A stretch of DNA of 64,000 nucleotides from Minisyncoccota bacterium (GCA_041661795.1 JBAZTS010000003.1:3939-67938); one strand, 5' to 3'; shown: positions 46,728-57,413, counted from the first letter of the stretch. The notes: generated by a model not told the origin, from the sequence alone. A program made the numbers and translations.

Positions 46728-46850
46728 AAAACTAATTTTACCATAAACAAAGAGTTATCCCCATATAAATTATTTTTTTATTGTGATACAATTTTACTAA
46801 CGTCAGCAAAATAAAATTTTGCAACTCAATATTATTAATAAAAAAATAAA

Positions 46851-48020
46851 ATGGAATATAATACAAATCCATCGCAGTTTAATCCTGGAAGAGATAACTC
46901 TCCTCAGGGAAGCGTTCCTCCTCCGCCTCCGGCTCCAGAACAGCAAGTGGGAGTAAGAACTATGAATTCAGATTTAGAGTCGGTTCAACAAACGGGAGGG
47001 GACTCTCCTCAGTCACAAGTTATAAGCGCTCCAGAACTTTCTGCGCTAAGAAATAATCAAGCACCCGCTCAACCTCAATATCAACCACAACCACAACCGC
47101 AACAACCAATCCTGGAAACAATTCCGGCCCCACCTCAATCATTTACTGAAGAATCTTCTCAAGTCGTTGATGTGTCGGAAAAATCTTCAAAATTAAAAAC
47201 TATTATTTTAGTGGTGGTAATTGTTGTTTTGGCGGTAGCTGTTGGGTTTGGTGTCTATTATTTAATTTCTTCTTTAAATAAAACTCCCCAAGCAACCGTT
47301 CCAACACCTCCTATTCAGGAACAAAACATTCCTGTAGTAGAAACTCCAATTCCACAACCAGAAGTTGTGGTTCCTCCTGCCCCAGTTCATGTTTCGGTTA
47401 TATCTAATCCGACAAAAACGGAAACCGTGGCCATTGATTTATCCGGCGATTTTAAATTAGCCATAACTAAACCAGCCGAAGAAAAACTTTTGGTTGGTAG
47501 TGTCAAGGAATTGTTATTTGTTGATGCTCAAAATAATGCGGTTGCTGCGGCCTCTATTTTCGGCAAAATCTATCCTTCTGGAGGAACCCTGCCGTTTTCC
47601 GTGAGTGATGCAACTTACTGGCTTTATGCCGACAAAACAGGTGGAAATAAATTCGGAACTGTTTTTGAAGTTTCTGATTTAACTAGTGCAAAAACATCTT
47701 TAAGTCCAATTTTGGAATCAGCCGATATAGCAAAAACTCTTTTCGTTTCAGACGTTACGGTTCCGGCTAAGCCCGAATTCAAAGACGGACAAGTAGAAGG
47801 TCAAGCCGTTAGATTTTTGGCTTTCAACGCCAAAACCAACGATGTTTTTGAATATGCTTGGATGAGCGTTGCCGGAAAAAATTATTTAGTCATTGCTACG
47901 TCTTATAATCAGATGGTGGATATAATAAAGAGATTAAAAGCAATACCGCAAGTAATTAATCCTCTAATAACTTCTACCTCTACAGCTACTACATCAACTT
48001 CCACTTTGATTAATCCATAA
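46851..48020 (+). CDS. Pro/Gln-rich membrane-anchored hypothetical protein
   Basis: Disordered P/Q-rich N-terminus (PPPPAPEQQ...QPQYQPQPQPQQP), one TM (IILVVVIVVLAVAVGFGVYYLI), and an extracytoplasmic domain. Confidence 0.45.
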   Translation: MEYNTNPSQFNPGRDNSPQGSVPPPPPAPEQQVGVRTMNSDLESVQQTGGDSPQSQVISAPELSALRNNQAPAQPQYQPQPQPQQPILETIPAPPQSFTEESSQVVDVSEKSSKLKTIILVVVIVVLAVAVGFGVYYLISSLNKTPQATVPTPPIQEQNIPVVETPIPQPEVVVPPAPVHVSVISNPTKTETVAIDLSGDFKLAITKPAEEKLLVGSVKELLFVDAQNNAVAAASIFGKIYPSGGTLPFSVSDATYWLYADKTGGNKFGTVFEVSDLTSAKTSLSPILESADIAKTLFVSDVTVPAKPEFKDGQVEGQAVRFLAFNAKTNDVFEYAWMSVAGKNYLVIATSYNQMVDIIKRLKAIPQVINPLITSTSTATTSTSTLINP

Positions 48021-48023
48021 GAC

Positions 48024-48356
48024 ATGAACTTAGAAAAATACAAAGAACAACTCAATAAAGAAAGAGAAGAAATTTTGAGTCAGATGAAGGAAGCAAAAAC
48101 TCCTCCTGATTTTGGCAATGAGCCGGGGCCGGACGACGAAACAGACGAAGCCGAAGAGTATTTTAATCAAACGTCATCTCTGTCTCTTCTTAGAAACAAA
48201 TTGTCTGATATTGACTCCGCTTTAATCAGAATAGAAAAAGGAGAATACGGAAAATGTGAACAGTGTGGAATGGAAATAGAAGAAGATGTTCTGGAAATTT
48301 CTCCCCACTCGCGATTTTGTAAGGATTGCAATAAGTCAAAAATAGTCAGTAAATAA
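48024..48356 (+). CDS. DksA/TraR family C4-type zinc-finger protein
   Basis: Coiled-coil N-terminus and C-terminal CEQCGMEIEEDVL...CKDC. Confidence 0.7.
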   Translation: MNLEKYKEQLNKEREEILSQMKEAKTPPDFGNEPGPDDETDEAEEYFNQTSSLSLLRNKLSDIDSALIRIEKGEYGKCEQCGMEIEEDVLEISPHSRFCKDCNKSKIVSK

Positions 48357-48362
48357 AAAGAA

Positions 48363-48393
48363 ACAGTCCCAACGCGACGTCGGGACTGTTTTT
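48363..48393 (+). terminator. Rho-independent terminator
   Basis: CAGTCCCAACGCGACGTCGGGACTGTTTTTAT. Confidence 0.75.
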
Positions 48394-48402
48394 ATAAAAT
48401 CG

Positions 48403-49935
48403 ATGTCCAAAACGGTATCAAAAATATTTTCTGCCGAGTTGGAGGGAATAAATTCAAGGCCCATAGAAGTGGAGACCGACATTAATGTTGGTTTGGCTTC
48501 GTTTACGATTGTGGGATTGGCCGATAAAGCGGTTTCGGAGGCCAAAGAGAGAGTCTCTTCGGCAATAAAAAATTCAGGGTTAAAACCGCCAAATAAAGAA
48601 AATAGGAAAATCACAGTGAACTTAGCTCCAGCTGATGTAAAAAAGAACGGGTCTCAATATGATTTAGCTATTGCCTTGGGATATCTATTGTCGTCTGGAC
48701 AGATGAGACCGTTTGATTCTTCCAAAAAGATATTTATCGGTGAACTTTCCTTGGACGGAAAATTAAGAAGAGTGGTGGGAGTTTTAAATATAGTCGGAAT
48801 GGCCAAGGACATGGGATTTGAAGAAATTTTTATTCCTAAGGACAATTCTTATGAAGCATCTTTTATAAAGGGAATAAAAATTTATCCGGTAGAAAATCTC
48901 GTTCAAATTATTAGTCATCTTGAAGAAAAGAGTTTTATAGAATTAAGCAAAGAGAGCGAATTTGTCCCGTTGCGGTTTTTAGGTGTAGATATTTCCGAGA
49001 TAAAAGGTCAGGAAAATGCCAAGAGGGCCTTAATGATAGCCGCAGCCGGTGGACATAATATTTTTATGTCCGGGCCTCCTGGGGCTGGAAAAACAATGTT
49101 GGCTCAGTCGCTTGTTTCTGTGTTGCCTCAAATGTCTTTAGAAGAGGCGCTGGAAACAACTAAAATATATAGCGCCGCCGGACTTCTGGAGAAAGACTTA
49201 TTTATTGCTTCTCGACCGTTTCGTTCTCCACATCACAATGCTTCCATGGTGTCGGTAGTTGGCGGAGGACAAAATCCAAGGCCGGGAGAAGTAAGTTTGG
49301 CTCACCGGGGAGTTTTATTTCTTGATGAAATTCCGGAATTCCACAGAGATGTTTTAGAAGCCCTAAGACAACCACTTGAAGATGGTAAGGTGACCATCTC
49401 AAGATCAAGAGGCGTTTTAACTTTGCCTTGTAGGTTTATGATGGTAGCCGCCTCCAATCCTTGTCCTTGCGGATATTTTGGTGACGACAAAAAAGAGTGT
49501 CAGTGTAATCCCTATGAAATTGCCAGGTATCAGAAAAAACTATCAGGACCTCTTTTGGACAGAATTGATATTCATATCTGGGTGGGAAGATTAAATTCAG
49601 AGGATCTGAAAAATCCTATTAATCCCAACGAATCAGAGAGCATAAGAAAAAAAATTTTTGACGCCAGGAACATTCAAAAAGAAAGATTTAATAAATTAAA
49701 TTTGAAAATATTTGCTAACTCGGAACTTTCATCAAAACAAGTTGATAGTATTGTTAAGTTAGAACCGCAGGCAAAAATTTTGTTGGATAAAATGTTTGAT
49801 AAGGCCTACCTTTCGGCCAGGGGATATTTTAAAATCCTAAAAGTAGCTCAAACAATAGCTGACTTAGACGGCTTGGAAATTATTACTCCACAAATAATTT
49901 CAGAGGCGTTCTCATATAGAGCCAGGGTAAGTTAA
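48403..49935 (+). CDS. comM: YifB/ComM family Mg-chelatase-like AAA+ ATPase
   Basis: N-terminal Lon-protease-like/ChlI domain, Walker A GPPGAGKTMLA, and the characteristic C-terminal domain. 510 aa. Confidence 0.85.
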   Translation: MSKTVSKIFSAELEGINSRPIEVETDINVGLASFTIVGLADKAVSEAKERVSSAIKNSGLKPPNKENRKITVNLAPADVKKNGSQYDLAIALGYLLSSGQMRPFDSSKKIFIGELSLDGKLRRVVGVLNIVGMAKDMGFEEIFIPKDNSYEASFIKGIKIYPVENLVQIISHLEEKSFIELSKESEFVPLRFLGVDISEIKGQENAKRALMIAAAGGHNIFMSGPPGAGKTMLAQSLVSVLPQMSLEEALETTKIYSAAGLLEKDLFIASRPFRSPHHNASMVSVVGGGQNPRPGEVSLAHRGVLFLDEIPEFHRDVLEALRQPLEDGKVTISRSRGVLTLPCRFMMVAASNPCPCGYFGDDKKECQCNPYEIARYQKKLSGPLLDRIDIHIWVGRLNSEDLKNPINPNESESIRKKIFDARNIQKERFNKLNLKIFANSELSSKQVDSIVKLEPQAKILLDKMFDKAYLSARGYFKILKVAQTIADLDGLEIITPQIISEAFSYRARVS

Positions 49936-49963
49936 GCGAGTACCGGGCACCGTATGCTGTATA

Positions 49964-50000
49964 CCGCGCAAAAAAGTATTTTGCGTTATTTTTTTATTTG
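49964..50000 (+). terminator. Possible terminator hairpin CGCAAAA-AAGTATT-TTGCG plus T-run
   Basis: Sits between comM and the likely uvrD start at 50017. Stem is weak. Confidence 0.35.
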
Positions 50001-50016
50001 TTGTAATTTATTAGTC

Positions 50017-51804
50017 ATGACTGGCACGTTTGAAGACCTAAACGACAAACAAAAAGAAGCGGTTTTTTTTGGTGATGGCCCTCTCTTAATTGTAGCTGGA
50101 GCCGGATCGGGAAAAACAAAAACTCTGACTTCGCGCTTGGCCTATTTGATTTCGGAAAAAAAGATAAGTCCCGAGAGAATTGTGGCTATTACCTTTACCA
50201 ATAAGGCGGCGGGGGAAATGAAAGAAAGAGTAAGTAAAATACTGTCTTATAATAACAAAAGTCCAAAGGAGCCATTTGTGGGAACGTTCCATTCTTTTGG
50301 CGCCGGCATCTTAAGAAAAGACGGCAATGTTTTTGGAAGAAATAAATATTTTAGTATCTTTGACGGAGACGACAGTGGAAGATTGGTAAAAAATATAATA
50401 AAAAACATAAACTTAGAAAAAAAGCTTCCTTCTCCGCTGTTTTTTATAAAAGAGATTTCAAGAATAAAAAATGAACTATTAAATCCGGAAGATTATTTTT
50501 CAGGAAAAGACGGAGAGATAGTAAAAATGGTTTTTTATGAATATGAAAAGAAATTACAGGAAAACAACGCCTTTGATTTTGATGATTTAATAGAAAAAGT
50601 GGTTAGAATTTTTAAAACTAAACCCCAAATTCTTCTGGAATATCAAAAAAGGTATGACTACATATTGGTTGATGAATATCAGGATATAAACACATCTCAA
50701 TATTGGATGATTAAACTTCTAGTTGAGAGACACAACAACATCAATGTGGTTGGCGACGACTCACAATCCATTTACATGTTTAGATTCTCTGATTTTAGAA
50801 ACTTTCTTAATTTTGAAAGGGATTGGCCGGGAGCTAAAACCGTTTTTCTGGAACAAAATTATCGTTCCACAAAAAATATAATAGAATCATCATCGCGATT
50901 GATTGCCCACAATCTTTCTGGAAATAAGAAAGAACTTTGGACCAAAAATGACGAGGGGTCATTTGTCCAAGTCATAGAGCATGAAGACGAATTTGTTCAG
51001 GCCGATTTTATTGTTGATAAAACCAGGGATTTTTTAAAAAACAATATGAGTGTCGGGATACTTTTTAGGACCAATGCTCAAAGCCGAGCTTTAGAGCAGG
51101 TCTTTGTTGAATATGGAATTGACTACGATTTATTTGGGGCAGTTTCTTTTTACGAAAGAAAAGAAATAAAAGATATTTTAGCGGCTCTAAGATTGGTTTC
51201 CAATCCTTTGGACCAAATAAGTTTTGAGAGGATGGAAAAAAGTTTTGGTAAAAGAGCGGCGGCACAGATAAAAGAAAAGATTTTAGGTGCTTTAGGATTG
51301 AGCCCCTCAGAAACAATAGGACTTTTTATAGAATCGTCTGGACTATTTGAATTGATAAAAAAAGAGTATCCGAATTATCAGGAAAGATATGAAAACATAT
51401 CGGAATTAATTTATTTTGCTCAACAGTTTGATTCTCTGGAAAAATTCTTGGAAAAGATTTCCTTGGCTAGCCCCCTGGAAATGACAAATAAAAGAAGGAA
51501 GAAAAAAAACTATTCGGGAGCCAATTTAATGACGGTGCACCTTTCCAAGGGGCTTGAATTTGACGTGGTTTTTATTTCGGGAGTAAACGAAGGACTTTTG
51601 CCCCACCAGAGATCATTTTTTACATCCGATGAGCTGGAGGAAGAGAGGCGATTAATGTATGTAGCTATGACTAGAGCCAAAAAAGAACTGTTTATAAATT
51701 TTTACGGAGTTCCTTCAAGATTTTTATTTGAATTGCCTCCTGAAAAAACCGCTTTTTCCGGCGACCGTCCGTTAAACGAGGAAGAGAGATTTATAGAGTA
51801 TTAA
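50017..51804 (+). CDS. UvrD/PcrA/Rep family ATP-dependent DNA helicase (short form)
   Basis: Walker A AGAGSGKTKTL and helicase motifs II-VI (VDEYQDIN, YRST). Start moved to the MTGTFEDLNDKQ Met. Confidence 0.8.
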   Translation: MTGTFEDLNDKQKEAVFFGDGPLLIVAGAGSGKTKTLTSRLAYLISEKKISPERIVAITFTNKAAGEMKERVSKILSYNNKSPKEPFVGTFHSFGAGILRKDGNVFGRNKYFSIFDGDDSGRLVKNIIKNINLEKKLPSPLFFIKEISRIKNELLNPEDYFSGKDGEIVKMVFYEYEKKLQENNAFDFDDLIEKVVRIFKTKPQILLEYQKRYDYILVDEYQDINTSQYWMIKLLVERHNNINVVGDDSQSIYMFRFSDFRNFLNFERDWPGAKTVFLEQNYRSTKNIIESSSRLIAHNLSGNKKELWTKNDEGSFVQVIEHEDEFVQADFIVDKTRDFLKNNMSVGILFRTNAQSRALEQVFVEYGIDYDLFGAVSFYERKEIKDILAALRLVSNPLDQISFERMEKSFGKRAAAQIKEKILGALGLSPSETIGLFIESSGLFELIKKEYPNYQERYENISELIYFAQQFDSLEKFLEKISLASPLEMTNKRRKKKNYSGANLMTVHLSKGLEFDVVFISGVNEGLLPHQRSFFTSDELEEERRLMYVAMTRAKKELFINFYGVPSRFLFELPPEKTAFSGDRPLNEEERFIEY

Positions 51805-51807
51805 AGA

Positions 51808-52821
51808 TTATTTTTGTTTATTAATTTTAAAAATAATCAGTCCGGCTTTTCTCTTTTTTATTAAATCATATGCTTTTTGTCCGTTTTCCAGAGTCATTTT
51901 GTGAGTAATAAGCTTTTTTATGTCCGATTGAATTTGTTTAGTTATTTCCATCGCCCTTTTTAGATCTTTAAATGTATAAGCTAAACTTCCTAATATTTTT
52001 ATCTCTCTTGTTATTATTTTTGTGACTGGAATCGGCGCGTCTTTATCATAAACACCCACCAAAATCACAGTGCCGTCTTTTTTAAGAAAAGTGAAAGTCG
52101 ATTTTAAGGCTTTTTGTGATCCGCTAACTTCATAAATAACGTCAAAAAATTTAGACGCGAACTTGTTTTTCGGAAAGATTTTTGGATTTAATATTTTTTT
52201 TGCTAATTTAAGGCGATATCTTGACGGTTCAAAGAGGTATATATTTTTTACTCCAAATATTCTTTTTAGAATCACTCCAATAACAATACCCAGGGGTCCA
52301 CCTCCATATATTCCCACGCAATCATTTTTTTGTGGGACGTGTTTTCTAACGGCATGAATGGCGGTGGCCACCAAATCAGCCATAAAACAAGCAGTTTCCT
52401 CGTTTATTCCTCTTGGTATCTTTTTGGTAATTCTTTCCGGAAAAACAGCGTAATCAGAATGAGTTCCTTTTGCCCCCATGCCAAAAACTTTGAAATTTTT
52501 ACAAAGGTTTTCTTTTTCGTCGTTACACTTTTTGCATTTTCCGCAAAAAAAGAAGTCGTTTCCAAAAACTAAGTCACCAATAGAAAACTTTTTCACGCCA
52601 GCTCCTTTTTTTACTACAACTCCTGACCATGCATGACCCAGTGTTATTTTTTTATTATTATAAACCTTGCTTTTTAGAACTCCCGATATTATATGCAGAT
52701 CGGTTCCACATAGGGCGGAATTTATTATTTTTATAAGCAACTCGCCATTTTTAACGGATGGAATGGGTTGGCTCTCTATTTTAAATTTCTTTTCTAAAAA
52801 ACTGTATATTAAAGCTCTCAT
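51808..52821 (-). CDS. Zinc-dependent medium-chain dehydrogenase (threonine/sorbitol/alcohol dehydrogenase-like)
   Basis: Catalytic zinc GHAWSGVV, structural Cys cluster CGKCKKCNDEKENLC, Rossmann GGGPLGIV. Confidence 0.7.
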   Translation of the reverse strand: MRALIYSFLEKKFKIESQPIPSVKNGELLIKIINSALCGTDLHIISGVLKSKVYNNKKITLGHAWSGVVVKKGAGVKKFSIGDLVFGNDFFFCGKCKKCNDEKENLCKNFKVFGMGAKGTHSDYAVFPERITKKIPRGINEETACFMADLVATAIHAVRKHVPQKNDCVGIYGGGPLGIVIGVILKRIFGVKNIYLFEPSRYRLKLAKKILNPKIFPKNKFASKFFDVIYEVSGSQKALKSTFTFLKKDGTVILVGVYDKDAPIPVTKIITREIKILGSLAYTFKDLKRAMEITKQIQSDIKKLITHKMTLENGQKAYDLIKKRKAGLIIFKINKQK

Positions 52822-52920
52822 TTTAGAGATATTTATAAGTTAAAATATTGGCAATAATATTTTTTATAGCCATAGCTATTAAAAAAGATATTATCAAAAC
52901 ACCAATCAAATTATGTTTTT

Positions 52921-54537
52921 TCATAATCTTATTATCTCGGTCAGCATTAAGAGTATTACAAAAATAATAAAAGAAAAATAAGTCATAAAAACGGGGAGCT
53001 CTTTATAATTTTCTTTGTTTGTGAAGTAAAAATAAAGAATTGCGCAAATTATAGACGGAATTATTAAAAGATAAAAATATTGATTGAAAATTAAAGGTAT
53101 TAATATAAAAGCCAGAGTTCCCATGGCTCCGATTATTTTTTTACCTCTCTCTAATCCGAAAATAACAGGCAATGTCCTTATGTTTTGGTTTTTATCTCCC
53201 TGATAATCTTTTATATCCTTAAAACCCACTCCTAAAGTAAATAAAACAAGAACAGACAGCGATAATTTAACCGGAAAATCGGAAATTAGATTACCGCTAA
53301 TCAATAAAAAACCCGCCATTATAGTTGTTAGATAAGCACAGGCGATAACAAACTGAGAAAGTATGGGATATTTTTTTAGATGGAAAAAGTCGGAAGAGTA
53401 TAGATATCCCAAAGAGGATTTTATTAATATCATAACAAAAAATGCGTATCCAACTATAAAACCATATAAGTACGATAATCCAAGAAATAATTTTGAGGTA
53501 AAATTATTCTCTTCCAAACTTAAAGTTTTAGAAGGAAGAGGACGATTGGTGTTGGAAATAATGTCTATTTTTTCATCCTTTCTGTCGTTATAACTAACTC
53601 CCCATCCCCAACAGAAAATATTACTAAGACATGCGGCCAGGATAAAAAATATTAATTCCCAATTTATGGACACGTATTGATCAACGTTTTTAATTCCCAG
53701 AATTATTCCTATAAACAACAGAATTGTCGTGTTTAAGGTCCTGGTGATTCTAAAATTTTTGATAACTGACCATGTTTTTTTCTTATCGTAAAGATAAAAT
53801 ATTATTCCGGCAAAAAGAGTGGACACAAATAGGTACAACAGAGACATGATGGTGTCGCCTCTTGATAAAATTCCAGACCCTTTTCCGAAAATAAGATTGA
53901 TAATATAAGGGAAATGTCCCATTAGAAACAATCCTAACTGGAGAAGTAAAAATGACCACAATAATTTTGTGACTGATTTGGTTTTGACGTAGGTATACAA
54001 AAGAAGAATAAAAATTAGTATAGCGATTTCTATCCTGATTCCGTAATTAATATAAACCTGTGATAAAGATGTGCTTTCTCCAAAAAACAAAATTCCATTC
54101 GGACCGTGGAGGATATAGTTGAAAAAATATTGGGACATTTCAATTAAATTGTTTGTTCCCGGTGGAATCTGCCGATATGTCATTAAGGTTTGATTTCCTC
54201 CTGTGGCCGCCAAATCAGCTAAAGGGGGGGTGATTATTATGGGAATTAAAAACAATACAAAAAGAATCGTTTTTTTAATGTGGTCTTTTGTAATTAAGTT
54301 TATTATTAAAATAAGCCCAAGAAATGAAGCTAAATAAAACGTGAATGAATGAAGGAAAAAGAACTCAAAGTTTTTTTGAGATAAAAAACTGCCTGATCCG
54401 CTGGAAATACCCTCTAGTATATTTCTTATAATAACAAACGAAGCAAATGTAGCTATCCAGCCCAAAGCAGATACGTATTTAGCTTCAATCACAGTTATTA
54501 CTTTCTCTATAAACGTAATCATTTTGTTCTGTTCCAC
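52921..54537 (-). CDS. UbiA-superfamily prenyltransferase fused to an about 290-aa N-terminal polytopic membrane domain
   Basis: First Asp-rich motif NDRKDEKID (NDxxDxxxD) and second DIKDYQGD (DxxDxxxD) lie in the C-terminal half. About 8 additional TM helices precede them. Confidence 0.6.
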   Translation of the reverse strand: MEQNKMITFIEKVITVIEAKYVSALGWIATFASFVIIRNILEGISSGSGSFLSQKNFEFFFLHSFTFYLASFLGLILIINLITKDHIKKTILFVLFLIPIIITPPLADLAATGGNQTLMTYRQIPPGTNNLIEMSQYFFNYILHGPNGILFFGESTSLSQVYINYGIRIEIAILIFILLLYTYVKTKSVTKLLWSFLLLQLGLFLMGHFPYIINLIFGKGSGILSRGDTIMSLLYLFVSTLFAGIIFYLYDKKKTWSVIKNFRITRTLNTTILLFIGIILGIKNVDQYVSINWELIFFILAACLSNIFCWGWGVSYNDRKDEKIDIISNTNRPLPSKTLSLEENNFTSKLFLGLSYLYGFIVGYAFFVMILIKSSLGYLYSSDFFHLKKYPILSQFVIACAYLTTIMAGFLLISGNLISDFPVKLSLSVLVLFTLGVGFKDIKDYQGDKNQNIRTLPVIFGLERGKKIIGAMGTLAFILIPLIFNQYFYLLIIPSIICAILYFYFTNKENYKELPVFMTYFSFIIFVILLMLTEIIRL

Positions 54538-55628
54538 ATAAAGTAAGCCATTTCTTTAAAAAATAAAAGAGATTCTTTTTGTAGGGCTGGATTGGCTTTT
54601 TCTAAATGTTTTATTGCGATAGATATCTTCCGATCAGCCATTTTTTGACAATAATCAAATGAGCCGGACTCATCTAATATTTTTATAACTCGTTTCATTT
54701 CTTTTGGAGATGTTTTGGTGTTGCCCAATTCTTTTATTAAAAATCCTTTATCTCTTTTATTACAATTATTTAGAGCATAAACAATAGGCAATGTTTTTTT
54801 GCCTTTTTTTATATCTGATCCAATCATTCTTCCCTTCTTACCCCCAATGCCTAAATCTAAAAGGTCGTCTTTTATCTGAAAAATATCAGCTATTTCCTCG
54901 GTATATTTTAAAAGATGGGATTTTTGAGATCTCGTGGTATTTCCCAAAACACAACCCCACTCAATAGCGGTTTTTAAAAGCTGACCAGTTTTATACGAAA
55001 CCATCTTAAAATAATCTTCGTAACTAATAATCTTTTCTTGTTCTTGGTTTAAATCAATAGCTTGTCCGATATTGTCGTATAAAGAAACTTTCTCAAGAAG
55101 TTCTATTCCTTTTAAACGTCTATTTTCCGAAATATTTAATTTGGTAATTAATAACCCACTAAGAGTATGAAGAATTTTTCCGTTTATAAATCCGGCTATT
55201 ACTCCAAAACGAGAAGGTGCGTCATGATAAAGAATTTCCGGTGCCCTTTTTATTATTTTATATTGATGTTTGAAAAAGTTTTCAAGTATTACGTGATTAG
55301 TTGTAACCCCTCTCCTTTCCTTGTCTTCGTCATATATGTCATCGTGTATAAGAGTGTAATTATGGAATAATTCAAAAACCAAAGATGGCTCTATAATTTT
55401 TTTTTCTTCTTTTCCTCCAACGGCTTTATAAGCCATAATAGTTAAGATGGGACGGAGGCGTTTACCTTGTGAGAGGCAGGCGTTTTTTATAAGTTCGTAC
55501 TGTTTTTTTATAAAATGATTTTTACCTTCCGGATAATATTTTAAGTTCTTATTAAAATAAGAATTAAGCGCTCTATTTATTAGGCGTTGATATTTTGATA
55601 GAGTTTGTTCGAATAGAGACTTTCCCAT
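54519..55628 (-). CDS. trans-Polyprenyl diphosphate synthase (isoprenyl diphosphate synthase family)
   Basis: First Asp-rich motif LIHDDIYDED and second QIKDDLLD. Overlaps the UbiA gene by 19 bp (operon). Confidence 0.75.
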   Translation of the reverse strand: MGKSLFEQTLSKYQRLINRALNSYFNKNLKYYPEGKNHFIKKQYELIKNACLSQGKRLRPILTIMAYKAVGGKEEKKIIEPSLVFELFHNYTLIHDDIYDEDKERRGVTTNHVILENFFKHQYKIIKRAPEILYHDAPSRFGVIAGFINGKILHTLSGLLITKLNISENRRLKGIELLEKVSLYDNIGQAIDLNQEQEKIISYEDYFKMVSYKTGQLLKTAIEWGCVLGNTTRSQKSHLLKYTEEIADIFQIKDDLLDLGIGGKKGRMIGSDIKKGKKTLPIVYALNNCNKRDKGFLIKELGNTKTSPKEMKRVIKILDESGSFDYCQKMADRKISIAIKHLEKANPALQKESLLFFKEMAYFMWNRTK

Positions 55629-55661
55629 TATTATTAATTATACCACTTTTAATCCAATTTT

Positions 55662-56495
55662 ATGAGACAAAAATTAGGACAGCATTTTTTAAAGAATAAA
55701 GAAGTTTTGGAAAACATTGCCGACTCTCTTGAATTAAAAAAAGGCGACGTTGTTATAGAAATAGGTCCGGGGCACGGGGAATTAACGCAATATTTGCTTA
55801 ATGCTGGCGTTACTATTATTGCCATAGAGAAAGATGAGAGTATGGTGGAATATTTATGTAATAAATTCGAAGCACGAAGCACAAAACTCGAAACAAGCAC
55901 AAAATCCAAAATTCAAAACAATGAGTTAAATTTAATTAATGGGGACGCCCTCAAAATACTCCCTGTTTTGAATACGGTATACGACATACGGCATACGAAA
56001 TACAAAATTGTTGGCAATATTCCCTACTACATAACTGGGCATCTGTTAAGAATTATTAGCGAGTTAAAAAACAAACCCAAATTAACTGTTTTACTTATAC
56101 AAAAAGAAGTGGCGCAAAGAATTTGCGCAAAATCTCCACAAATGAATTTATTATCTGCTAGTGTGCAATTTTGGGCGGAACCCAAAATAATACAAAATGT
56201 GACTAGGGGAAATTTTAATCCTCCTCCAGACGTTGATTCGGCTATTGTTTTGTTAAAAACAAAATCACTGATTAACACGGATAAAAATAACACACGGATT
56301 GATACAGATATATACTATGGTTTTATAAGAAAAATTTTTAAGCAACCCAGAAAAACGGTTTTGAATAATTTAATTAGTGGTGGATATAAGAAAGATGAGG
56401 TTTTGGGGTGGTTTAAAAATAACAAAATAAAGGAGAATTGCCGACCGCAGGATTTTGATGTGAATATGCTGATAAAAATGGCTTTAGAGCTTTAA
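55662..56495 (+). CDS. ksgA: 16S rRNA (adenine1518/1519-N6)-dimethyltransferase KsgA/RsmA with a repeat-derived in-frame insertion
   Basis: GQHFL, SAM site EIGPGHGELT, NGDAL and VGNIPY motifs. Insertion KFEARSTKLETSTKSKIQNNE is encoded by the AAATTCGAAGCACGAAGCAC repeat at 55863-55882. Confidence 0.8.
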   Translation: MRQKLGQHFLKNKEVLENIADSLELKKGDVVIEIGPGHGELTQYLLNAGVTIIAIEKDESMVEYLCNKFEARSTKLETSTKSKIQNNELNLINGDALKILPVLNTVYDIRHTKYKIVGNIPYYITGHLLRIISELKNKPKLTVLLIQKEVAQRICAKSPQMNLLSASVQFWAEPKIIQNVTRGNFNPPPDVDSAIVLLKTKSLINTDKNNTRIDTDIYYGFIRKIFKQPRKTVLNNLISGGYKKDEVLGWFKNNKIKENCRPQDFDVNMLIKMALEL

Positions 56496-56576
56496 TTTTG
56501 AATATAGTGTTGTATAATAAACAAGCGATGCCGAAGGGGAATTACCAGTCCCTCAATTTGCTTTAGAAAACACAAA

Positions 56577-57407
56577 ATGCAAACTTTAAACTTTAAAAAT
56601 CCGTTTGTTATTTTTGGAATTATTGTGATTATCTTTGTTGGTTATTGGATACTCGGAGGATTAACTCCAGATAAAATTATAAATCTTTCTAAAGATAGTG
56701 CTGACGTAGTTAAAAGTAATAATTCTCAACAATTGGGAGATTTGAGCTGGGTAGAAAATCCAAACGATGTCGCAAAAGATTTGTCTCAGACGTCGCTGGA
56801 AAATTTAACCAGCAAACTATCAGAAAACATATCTTCGGAATTTCTGTCTCAAGTAGATTTTTCTCAAGCATCATCTTCTCCTAAGAACTTAATAGATCAA
56901 TTAAACGGAGCAGATTTGAATGATCCTAAAACACTTTCTTTTTTAAAAAATAACCCACTTGGGTTTTTATATAGCATACCCGACAAGAGTATTAAAATTT
57001 CTTCTGATAACTCATCTCAAAAAGCAGTTGAATACATTTTTAGTTATACAAGCATCATGTCTGAAGTTGCTGGTCAAAAATCACAAGACCCGCAAGACCT
57101 TCTGGAAGAAATTACCTCTGTTATTGAAAGCCAGGACCAAGGAGAAATGTCTCAAATGGCGTTTAATTTAAATAAGGGATTTGATAGAATAATACAATTA
57201 GAAGTTCCTTCGGGTTTAGTTGAATTACATAAACAAAACTTAATGATATTCAAAAATTCAGCGATTGTTTTTGGGGCGTTGGCTTATAAGGATAACGACC
57301 CGTTAAAGGCGTATCTTGCGGCCATGAATGGTTCTGACCTTATTATAAAAGAAACCGACAAAGCCGATTTATTATTTAAGGAGGCATCTAAAAAATATTC
57401 CTTATAA
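56577..57407 (+). CDS. Hypothetical membrane-anchored protein
   Basis: N-terminal TM (FVIFGIIVIIFVGYWILG) and a hydrophilic Ser/Asp-rich domain. Upstream of T4SS-like genes. Confidence 0.45.
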   Translation: MQTLNFKNPFVIFGIIVIIFVGYWILGGLTPDKIINLSKDSADVVKSNNSQQLGDLSWVENPNDVAKDLSQTSLENLTSKLSENISSEFLSQVDFSQASSSPKNLIDQLNGADLNDPKTLSFLKNNPLGFLYSIPDKSIKISSDNSSQKAVEYIFSYTSIMSEVAGQKSQDPQDLLEEITSVIESQDQGEMSQMAFNLNKGFDRIIQLEVPSGLVELHKQNLMIFKNSAIVFGALAYKDNDPLKAYLAAMNGSDLIIKETDKADLLFKEASKKYSL

Positions 57408-57413
57408 AAATTT

